Positions 1-7,221 of a DNA stretch of 51,898 bases are shown one piece after another. Under the pieces are notes generated by a model, which worked only from the letters and a program-made list of their open reading frames with translations, had not been told where the DNA came from and did no database searches. The stretch is taken from NCBI GenBank assembly GCA_043821945.1, contig JBDRCH010000003.1:1-51898 (forward strand), read 5' to 3'. The translations under genes were made by a program, and so were the position numbers. Numbering within the stretch: position 1 is the first letter of the stretch; every line of letters starts with the position of its first letter. The stretch comes from an archaeon (GTDB lineage Archaea; Nanobdellota; Nanobdellia; Pacearchaeales; GW2011-AR1).

Positions 1-1794
1 TCAGGTTGTCCATCTGAATTATCTTGTTCATTGAATATTTCAAATGCTGTTTATGGTGTAGGAACAATATCAGCAAATTATTCTACTCCTGGAAATGAAA
101 ACTATTCAGCAACCTCAACAACATTTATTGTTACGATAAATCCAATTGCATCAGAAGTTAATGTGACTCTTGATTATAATCAAACAAACATAAGTATCTC
201 TGTTGATTCTACAATTGATCTAAATTGTACAATTATAACTGGAGAATCTTCAGCATATCTTGTTATGTATAGGGATGAAATTTTAATTAACAATGGAACT
301 TCTCCAATTGGGAATACTACAACATTTAATACTGTTCAGATAGAAAATATCACCTGTATTTATTCAAGTTCCCAAAATTACACTTCTTCTTCAGATACTT
401 GGTGGGTTAATGTAACTTCTCCTGCTTCTGCACCAACAATAACACGGGTTTGGAATTGGTCTTCTGCAGTAACTCCAAATGATGGTCCGAGCAATACTAA
501 CCTAACAATTAATTTTTCTGTTACAGATGCTAATGGGATTGCTGATTTAGTTAATGATTCAGTAATGATAAATATTTCAAATTCCGGGATTGGAAGAATA
601 AACAATACTGCTTGTGTGCAATTCCAGGGTTTTGGAAATGATGCAAACTATACTTGCAATGTGACAATGTGGTGGTGGGACAGCGATGGAGTTTGGATAG
701 TTAATGTAAGTCTTAAGGATAGTAGTGATTTATGGGCAAGCAATGATTCCACGAATATAACAATAAACATGGTTACAGGATTTGTTAGTGGTCCAGGTAA
801 TTTAACTTTTGGGACTCTTGAACCCGGGACAACAAATCAAACTCCTACTAATTGGATAACTCTTAATAACACGGGAAATCAAGATATAAATTATAATACT
901 TTACAAATTAATGCAACTAATCTTATTGGTGAAACAATAAGTACTTTGGGATTGTGGGCTGCAAATTTTAGTTTGGGAAATCTTACAGGAGCAGCAAAAC
1001 CTGAATGTGATTCATCAAATAAAACAGCACAGAACATGACTTCTTCAGAATATACAACTATTGTTGGAGCAATTCTTCCCTCAGGAAATTTTTCAATAAA
1101 TAATAATGTTACTGGTCAGGAGATCTTGTATATCTGTATAAGGAAAGTCGGTCTTGAATTGGGTCAGCAACAATATTCCACTTTTAATGAAGGTGCTTGG
1201 ACAATAAGGATATTACTGGTTGCACTGACTTATAGAAAAAGGAAGAAGATAAATAAAAATAATAAACTTGTGAAAGCATTGAATATACTTTCAGAAGAAC
1301 TAAAGGAAGATTATTCTGAGGAAAAAGAAAAAATAATTAGATTATTAATTCTTGAAATCAAAAAGAAATATTCATTGAATAATAAAGAATTATCTGATTT
1401 AATTGACTTAAAATTAGAGATTGAAATTCCTATAGGAATTTTTGTAAATAAACTAGGAGCATTAGAATCAATTAGTAAATACATGAAAGAAAATCTTAAT
1501 ATGGATTATTGTGAAATTGCAAAATTATTAAACAGAAATGAAAGAACTATTTGGACTGCTTGCAAGAAAGCCTCGGAAAAACAGAAAAAATTAGTATTTA
1601 ATAAAAAATCAAATTTATTGTTGCCAATTTCAATATTTGATAATAAATTGACAATATTAGAGAATGTTATAGTTTATTTAAGAAAAATAAAAATGAGGTA
1701 TAATGAAATAGCTGAATTTATTGAAAGAGATCAGAGAAATATATGGACTATTTATTCAAGAGCTATGAAAAAATTAGATAATAAGAATATTTAA
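1..1794 (+). CDS. 5'-truncated large surface glycoprotein with a C-terminal tandem helix-turn-helix region
   Basis: Frame is open from base 1, so the true start lies before the window. Dense N-x-S/T sequons. A ~270-aa domain is paralogous to 1810..2778. The C-terminus has two copies of IP.xIF.NKL..LE....Y.......Y.EIA....R..R.IWT (HTH-like). Confidence 0.7.
   Translation, partial: SGCPSELSCSLNISNAVYGVGTISANYSTPGNENYSATSTTFIVTINPIASEVNVTLDYNQTNISISVDSTIDLNCTIITGESSAYLVMYRDEILINNGTSPIGNTTTFNTVQIENITCIYSSSQNYTSSSDTWWVNVTSPASAPTITRVWNWSSAVTPNDGPSNTNLTINFSVTDANGIADLVNDSVMINISNSGIGRINNTACVQFQGFGNDANYTCNVTMWWWDSDGVWIVNVSLKDSSDLWASNDSTNITINMVTGFVSGPGNLTFGTLEPGTTNQTPTNWITLNNTGNQDINYNTLQINATNLIGETISTLGLWAANFSLGNLTGAAKPECDSSNKTAQNMTSSEYTTIVGAILPSGNFSINNNVTGQEILYICIRKVGLELGQQQYSTFNEGAWTIRILLVALTYRKRKKINKNNKLVKALNILSEELKEDYSEEKEKIIRLLILEIKKKYSLNNKELSDLIDLKLEIEIPIGIFVNKLGALESISKYMKENLNMDYCEIAKLLNRNERTIWTACKKASEKQKKLVFNKKSNLLLPISIFDNKLTILENVIVYLRKIKMRYNEIAEFIERDQRNIWTIYSRAMKKLDNKNI
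754..885 (+). repeat. 132-bp near-identical direct repeat, copy 1 (copy 2 at 2302..2433)
   Basis: Direct comparison shows 2 mismatches in 132 bp (780/2328 and 873/2421), both synonymous. Confidence 0.9.
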
Positions 1795-1809
1795 AAACTA
1801 AAAAATCTT

Positions 1810-2778
1810 GTGATTAAAATGGGAAAGAAGAGGGAAATTATCTGGATTTTTTTATTATTGATGATTATCTTAATTCCCGGGGTTCTTGCGGGATTTTCTG
1901 ATTGGTTTAAGAAAGTGACTGGACAAGCATCTACAGAGGGTCCTGTTGATTTTAATATTAGTGTTGGAACTGGAAATGCTCCAACAATAACACAGGTTTG
2001 GAATTGGTCTGGAGCAGTTACATTAAATGATGGTCCAAGCAATACTAACCTAACAATTAATTTTTCTGTTACTGATGCAGATACTGCATCAAACTTAAAA
2101 GATAGTTCTGCCACAATAAATGTTTCAAAGTCAGGAGTAGGAAGAATAAATAATTCTGCTTGCACGAAGTATGAGTCTTCTGGAAATTTTGCAAATTATA
2201 CTTGCAATGTGACAATGTGGTGGTGGGATAGTGATGGGGTGTGGACAATTAACATTTCTATTCAAGATACTCAAGGGAATAAAGCAATTAATGATACAAC
2301 AAATATAACAATAAACATGGTTACAGGCTTTGTTAGTGGTCCAGGTAATTTAACTTTTGGGACTCTTGAACCCGGGACAACAAATCAAACTCCTACTAAT
2401 TGGATAACTCTTAATAACACAGGAAATCAAGATGTAGGTACTCATAATGTGCAATTTAATGCGACAGATCTTAAAGGCGAAACTACTGATACACAAGGAT
2501 TATGGGCTACGAATTTTAGTGTTGGTCCTACTACAGGAGCAGCAAAACCAGAATGTGATTCTGGAGGAAGTACTTCAACAAATATGACTAATGGAACATC
2601 AGGAGATTCTTTTGAGCCAATATATGATTCAGTTCTCATTGCAGGAAATTTTAGTATAAATAATAATGTTACTGGGCAAGAAACTCTTTATGTTTGTATA
2701 CAAAAATTAGGTTTAGGTTTAAGTCAACAATCTTATTCTACTCTTGCTGAAGGAGCATGGACGATTAAAGTTGTATGA
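1810..2778 (+). CDS. Secreted beta-rich surface protein (candidate filament or S-layer-associated subunit)
   Basis: Signal peptide (…IPGVLA), many sequons, no C-terminal anchor, FGTLEPG…NNTGN motif. The start may be the ATG at 1819. Confidence 0.75.
   Translation: MIKMGKKREIIWIFLLLMIILIPGVLAGFSDWFKKVTGQASTEGPVDFNISVGTGNAPTITQVWNWSGAVTLNDGPSNTNLTINFSVTDADTASNLKDSSATINVSKSGVGRINNSACTKYESSGNFANYTCNVTMWWWDSDGVWTINISIQDTQGNKAINDTTNITINMVTGFVSGPGNLTFGTLEPGTTNQTPTNWITLNNTGNQDVGTHNVQFNATDLKGETTDTQGLWATNFSVGPTTGAAKPECDSGGSTSTNMTNGTSGDSFEPIYDSVLIAGNFSINNNVTGQETLYVCIQKLGLGLSQQSYSTLAEGAWTIKVV
2302..2433 (+). repeat. 132-bp near-identical direct repeat, copy 2
   Basis: Matches 754..885. Confidence 0.9.
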
Positions 2779-2813
2779 TAAATTTTTAAACTATATTTGA
2801 TTTAAATAAAAAA

Positions 2814-3371
2814 ATGAAAAAAGAAAAGATAAAAGGGAAATTTGTTTTTGGAATTTTCTTAATTTTGTTTTTATTTTCAATTGTTTTCGTATCTGCTTTT
2901 TCTGTGGGAATGCCTTATATGGAAGATAAAAAATTGTATCTATCTCCAGGAGATATAACTGATCTGGAATTTGTCTTACAAAATAGTGGGGGAATAGAAA
3001 ATATTAATGCTATTGTTAGAATAGTAGAAGGTTCTGAAATAATTGAACGAATTGACACTAATGAAATTTATGTGGTTGTTCCTGGGGAACAGACAAAAGT
3101 AAATTTTAGAATAACTATACCTAGAGATGCTTTATTTGGGAGTAATTATAATATAAAATTAGATTTTAGTTCTGGAGTAGGGGGAGGTTCATTTGCTTTT
3201 GGAAGTGCAATAGAACAAAATTTTGAAGTTATTCTTGGAGAAAAAGTAATGCCCCAATCAGAAGAGGAAGAAGAGACTTCTCCGAGTAATTTATTCCTTT
3301 ATGGGGGAATAGCCTTTGTTTTAATTGGTTTAGTTGTATTTTTTGTAATTAGGAATAGAAAAAATAAGTGA
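2814..3371 (+). CDS. Membrane-anchored single Ig-like-domain surface protein
   Basis: Signal peptide (…FVSA), beta-sandwich-like L.PG…V.PGE pattern, C-terminal TM helix with a basic tail. Confidence 0.75.
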   Translation: MKKEKIKGKFVFGIFLILFLFSIVFVSAFSVGMPYMEDKKLYLSPGDITDLEFVLQNSGGIENINAIVRIVEGSEIIERIDTNEIYVVVPGEQTKVNFRITIPRDALFGSNYNIKLDFSSGVGGGSFAFGSAIEQNFEVILGEKVMPQSEEEEETSPSNLFLYGGIAFVLIGLVVFFVIRNRKNK

Positions 3372-3410
3372 TTTAGACAAATTTAAATATACCTTTTTCT
3401 TAATCTTTTA

Positions 3411-5093
3411 ATGAGGGGGGATTTAATTTTTGTATATGTCTTTTTCTTAATTCTAAGTTTAAATGTTTCAGCAGAAATAACTGGAGAAGCTGTAACCGGA
3501 AAAGCTACTCAACAGAATTTTGGTATAAACATTTCTGTTGTAGTTATTTTTCCTTCGTTGAATTTGGTAAGCCCCGAAAATAAAACTTATATTCAAAATC
3601 AATCAATTTCTTTAGAGTATTCATCAAGTAGTGCTAATCTTATTTGGTATAATATAGATAATGGTGTGAATACAACTTTAAGTTCTAATATTGAATTTTC
3701 TGTTAGCGATGGAAACCATGTTTTAAATATATATGCAAATAATACTAATGGACTTGTGACAAAAAATGTGAGTTTTTTTGTTGATTCTGATTTTTTTGTG
3801 ATTATTGACGATGAATTTGATGATGAAGATGGTGAAAGGGGTTATAATCTAAAAGAGACTATGAAGGGGGAGTCAACTGATCTTTTAGATTATACATACG
3901 AAGATTTACAAAATTTGAGTGGAATTATTTTTGAGCGACCTAATTTTGGAAAAATTGTTTTTAATGAGATTATTAATGTAACTGATGATGATAATCCAGA
4001 AGATAATAAATTGGACCTTGACTCAAATATTAATATATCTTTTAATAGAATCGAGTTAAATTCAACTTCTCTGAATAATTTTAATAAAAGTGCTACTTTA
4101 TATATTTATAATTTATCTTTTTCTGATCCCAGAATTTTAAGAGATGGAGAAATTTGCCCTTCTTTTATTTGCACAAAATTAAGTTATTCTGGAGGAACTT
4201 TAATGTTTAATGTTACTGGATTTAGTGTTTATAGTTCTGAAGAAACTCCTACAAGTGAAATTCCTAGCGGAAGTGGGGGTGGTGGAGGGAGGGGAATTAG
4301 TGTAAAAAAAAATCAACTTGATCTTGATGTGAATAAAATTCTTGTTTCTTTAAAACAAGAAGAAACTACTAAAAAGGAGATCATATTAAGAAATACTGGG
4401 AATAAAAAATTAAAAATAAATTTACAACCTTTGGAAATTGAAGATTTTATTAAGGTTAGTGAAAGTGATTTTGAATTAAATGTGGGAGAATCCAAAAAGA
4501 TAATTTTAGATATTATAGCAGGAGAAGATGTTGTTCCTGAGATGTATTTTGGGAAACTTTTGATAAGGGGAGAAAGTATTGAAAAAGAAGTTTTAATTTT
4601 AATTGAAATTGAATCTAAAAAATCTTTGTTTGATGTTAAATTAGATATTTCTGAAGAATATCTTGAAGTCTTACCAGGAAGTGTTTTGCCACTGGAAATA
4701 TCTCTATACAATTTAGGAAATATTAAAAAAATTGATGTTCTTGCAAAAATGATTCTTTTAAATTCAGAGGGAAAAGAGATAGTTTCTAAATCCAGATCTA
4801 TCGCAATAGAAACTCAAGTATCTTTTATTGAAAAATTTAAAATTCCTGATAATGTGATTCCAGGAGATTATGTAGTTTATTTTAGATTAGATTATGAAGG
4901 AGAAGTTGCAACTGCAACAACTTGGATTTCCGTTATAAGAGAAAAATCAGAGTTATCTAAAATAATTTTCTATATAATAATTTGTTTATTTATTGCAATG
5001 ATAATATTTCTCTTATTTTTTATTTTATATAAGATGAAAAAATATTCTCTGATTTTACCACCTCATAATTTTGGATTATTTGAAGATTCTTGA
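3411..5093 (+). CDS. Membrane-anchored multi-Ig-domain surface protein
   Basis: Signal peptide, Ig-like repeats, GSGGGGG linker, C-terminal TM helix. Confidence 0.75.
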   Translation: MRGDLIFVYVFFLILSLNVSAEITGEAVTGKATQQNFGINISVVVIFPSLNLVSPENKTYIQNQSISLEYSSSSANLIWYNIDNGVNTTLSSNIEFSVSDGNHVLNIYANNTNGLVTKNVSFFVDSDFFVIIDDEFDDEDGERGYNLKETMKGESTDLLDYTYEDLQNLSGIIFERPNFGKIVFNEIINVTDDDNPEDNKLDLDSNINISFNRIELNSTSLNNFNKSATLYIYNLSFSDPRILRDGEICPSFICTKLSYSGGTLMFNVTGFSVYSSEETPTSEIPSGSGGGGGRGISVKKNQLDLDVNKILVSLKQEETTKKEIILRNTGNKKLKINLQPLEIEDFIKVSESDFELNVGESKKIILDIIAGEDVVPEMYFGKLLIRGESIEKEVLILIEIESKKSLFDVKLDISEEYLEVLPGSVLPLEISLYNLGNIKKIDVLAKMILLNSEGKEIVSKSRSIAIETQVSFIEKFKIPDNVIPGDYVVYFRLDYEGEVATATTWISVIREKSELSKIIFYIIICLFIAMIIFLLFFILYKMKKYSLILPPHNFGLFEDS

Positions 5094-5159
5094 TATAATC
5101 TTGAATTTATGTGTGTTTAAATCTCTAGAATAGATATAATTGTTCTACAATTATATAAA

Positions 5160-5231
5160 AGCCTGCAGAGAGATTTGAACTCCCGACCTACTGCTTACAA
5201 GGCAGCCGCTCTGCCACTGAGCTATGCAGGC
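5160..5231 (-). tRNA. tRNA-Thr(TGT)
   Basis: Reverse complement folds into a cloverleaf: GCCTGCA/TGCAGGC acceptor, anticodon loop CTTGTAA, TTCAAAT T-loop. Confidence 0.95.
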
Positions 5232-5267
5232 ATGATACAATTAGATAGAGTTCATTTAAAAGATTTT

Positions 5268-5873
5268 TTATTCTTCTTTTTCTATTTCTTCTTTAGGTTT
5301 AATTGATTTTGTTTTTTCTGAGACTTGTTTTTTATTTTCTAAAAATTTTTCAACTTTCATAATTCTTATTTCGCAGAGTGAAAGAGGGTAGATTTTCTTG
5401 AGCTTTAAACTTAATGTCTTTTGTAAAATATTTTTTAATACTTCATTAAACAATTTTTCAGATTCTTTAGTTTTTACATATTTTATGATTTCTTCTTTTG
5501 ATTTTTCTCTTAATGCCTTTCTTATTGAACGAGGAACTTTTCTACGTGTTATCAAGAAAGGTTTTATTTTTATTTGAGCATCCTTACAATTTGTTGAAAA
5601 TGAATCTTCTATGTAATTTGTGCCTTTTCTTAACATTCTTCTTAGAAAATAAGGCATAAGTTTGATTTGAGTGGGAATTGTAGTGGTTTCTTCATTCTCA
5701 ATCTTTACTTTGAGTTGAATGAGCATACTTTTGCCCCTGAGCATTCTTGTTAGATCATATTCAATATATCTACCTTCTAATTCTTTAGATTCATAGGCTT
5801 GAAGCTGTGTTTGTTTTTTTATAATGGGGATGTCTACTTCAAAAAACTTTTTTTTCTTTTTTGCTTGTGCCAT
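5268..5873 (-). CDS. rps3ae: 30S ribosomal protein S3Ae (eS1)
   Basis: GR..E.DL, Y.RRM.RKGT.YIEDSF and KKIYPL…EIR motifs; adjacent to L44e. Confidence 0.88.
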   Translation of the reverse strand: MAQAKKKKKFFEVDIPIIKKQTQLQAYESKELEGRYIEYDLTRMLRGKSMLIQLKVKIENEETTTIPTQIKLMPYFLRRMLRKGTNYIEDSFSTNCKDAQIKIKPFLITRRKVPRSIRKALREKSKEEIIKYVKTKESEKLFNEVLKNILQKTLSLKLKKIYPLSLCEIRIMKVEKFLENKKQVSEKTKSIKPKEEIEKEE

Positions 5874-5874
5874 T

Positions 5875-6210
5875 TTATTCTTGTAATAATTTTCCTACTC
5901 GTTTATTTCTTCTTCCTTGCCTATATTTTGATTTTTTACATTCTTGGCAAGTGTACATTATATTTGTTTTTTTAGTTGTTTTTGTTTTTCTTTTATTCTT
6001 TGTAATTGCTGGTTTAGAACCCCATTTCCCTTTATTACCTATTCCTCTTCCAAGCCCCCTTAGTTTAGCTCGTGATTTTGAACCTCTTGTCAATGTACCT
6101 CTTTTACCACCTGTTCCGACTATTTTTATTTTTTGTTCTGTTTTTTTATTGCAGTAAGAACAAAATCTTTTTGTTGTTTTAGGAATTTTCATTTTATGTT
6201 TTTGAGACAT
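5875..6210 (-). CDS. rpl44e: 50S ribosomal protein L44e (eL42)
   Basis: MKIPK…FC.YC and KTTKK…Y.C.EC zinc-ribbon pattern. Confidence 0.92.
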   Translation of the reverse strand: MSQKHKMKIPKTTKRFCSYCNKKTEQKIKIVGTGGKRGTLTRGSKSRAKLRGLGRGIGNKGKWGSKPAITKNKRKTKTTKKTNIMYTCQECKKSKYRQGRRNKRVGKLLQE

Positions 6211-6257
6211 CTCATTGGTTTATAAAAGTTTTTATAGTTCTGGTCCCGTAGTTATTT

Positions 6258-6551
6258 ATGAAAAGAGTTAAATTTAGAAAAGGTAGGCAGAGAAAATTCT
6301 TAAAAAGAGTTTTATTTGAATTAAATTGTCCTTCTCTTAGAGCGTTTATTCAGTTCGGATTTGATTTTCCTTATTCCACCTTGAAAAATTATTATTCTGA
6401 AAAAAGACTTTTGCCTTATGAATTTTTCAAAAATCTTTGTTATATTGCTAAGATTGATGAAAAAAATTTAAATTTTGAAATTCTAAATAAAAATTGGGGG
6501 CAGATAAGAGGAGGGCAAATTAGTAAAAGAAATGGTCCTGCGCAGAATTGA
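6258..6551 (+). CDS. Small basic hypothetical protein, possibly HTH DNA-binding
   Basis: 97-aa ORF with YSTLKNY.SEKRLLP and NWGQIRGG motifs; its 3' end overlaps the antisense tRNA-Val. Confidence 0.6.
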   Translation: MKRVKFRKGRQRKFLKRVLFELNCPSLRAFIQFGFDFPYSTLKNYYSEKRLLPYEFFKNLCYIAKIDEKNLNFEILNKNWGQIRGGQISKRNGPAQN

Positions 6552-6604
6552 ACTGCGATTTTTTCCACGTCAAGGAAATGTCTTAACCATTGGACTACAG
6601 GACC
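6533..6604 (-). tRNA. tRNA-Val(GAC)
   Basis: GGTCCTG/CAGGACC acceptor, TTTCC-TTGACGT-GGAAA anticodon arm, CGCAG-TTCAATT-CTGCG T arm. Confidence 0.93.
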
Positions 6605-6607
6605 CTC

Positions 6608-6710
6608 AAGAGAACCTAAGCGGTTCTTTGGAATTTCCCTTCTTGTTCTGGAGAGGCGATTTCTTTAGATGCTTCCTTAGGAAATCACACAAAAACCTGA
6701 AGGTTTTATG
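6608..6710. repeat. Multi-hairpin palindromic element directly upstream of tRNA-Val
   Basis: Hairpins AGAACC-taagc-GGTTCT (6611-6627), GATTTC…GAAATC (6658-6686) and AAAACCT-ga-AGGTTTT (6692-6707). Confidence 0.55.
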
Positions 6711-6762
6711 AAAAGAACTTATGTTTAGAAATATTTAAATATAATGGTTTACCATTAAAGTT

Positions 6763-6960
6763 ATGGTGAGAATCAAATGGACTTTATTCATAATTTATTT
6801 ATTTATAGCATTTTATTTTCTTAATTTAGGATGGGAATTTTTTAAAATACCTGAAGTTATTTCTAATTTTGATAAATGGATTTTGACTATAGGGGCTATT
6901 TTGATTATTTTTGAGGGTTTGAGTCTATTTAGAAGTAAAAAATCAATTAATCTTTTATGA
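6763..6960 (+). CDS. Small two-TM membrane protein
   Basis: Two hydrophobic segments; TATA-like tttaaata about 25 bp upstream. Confidence 0.7.
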   Translation: MVRIKWTLFIIYLFIAFYFLNLGWEFFKIPEVISNFDKWILTIGAILIIFEGLSLFRSKKSINLL

Positions 6961-6992
6961 TTTCTTAGTTATGTTAGTTTTAATTTTGTGAT

Positions 6993-7045
6993 TTACTTAC
7001 TAACTTACTAAGTAACTAACTTATTTATTAAGAAACATTTATATA
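6993..7045 (+). promoter_or_regulatory. Tandem TWAC tetramer array (operator-like) followed by BRE/TATA
   Basis: ttac ttac taac ttac taag taac taac tta (6993-7023), then agaaac and tttatata (7038-7045). Confidence 0.55.
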
Positions 7046-7080
7046 TTCAATTTATTTTATTAGTTAAATTAGAGGTTAAT

Positions 7081-7221
7081 ATGAAAAAGTATTTACTCCT
7101 TATTGAAGATGAGAAACTTTGGGGAAAGTTTAAAGAAATGATCTCAAAAGACATAAACACAGAAGTTCTTGAATTGATAAAAGAAAAAGTTAATTTGGAG
7201 GTTAAAAAAAGTGGAAAGTAG
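7081..7221 (+). CDS. 46-aa ribbon-helix-helix-like regulator (not in the ORF track)
   Basis: Translates to MKKYLLLIEDEKLWGKFKEMISKDINTEVLELIKEKVNLEVKKSGK*. GAGGT RBS upstream. Strand-helix-helix pattern of Arc/CopG type. Overlaps the start of the next gene. Confidence 0.65.
   Translation: MKKYLLLIEDEKLWGKFKEMISKDINTEVLELIKEKVNLEVKKSGK

Noticed and set aside
754-2433. Possible diversity-generating retroelement TR/VR pair
   Set aside because: Only two differences, both synonymous and with the A in opposite copies; both copies are coding; no reverse transcriptase in the window.
6993-7023. Possible CRISPR array or replication-origin repeats
   Set aside because: Tetramer units without spacers; no cas or orc1/cdc6 gene and no ORB-like G-string nearby.
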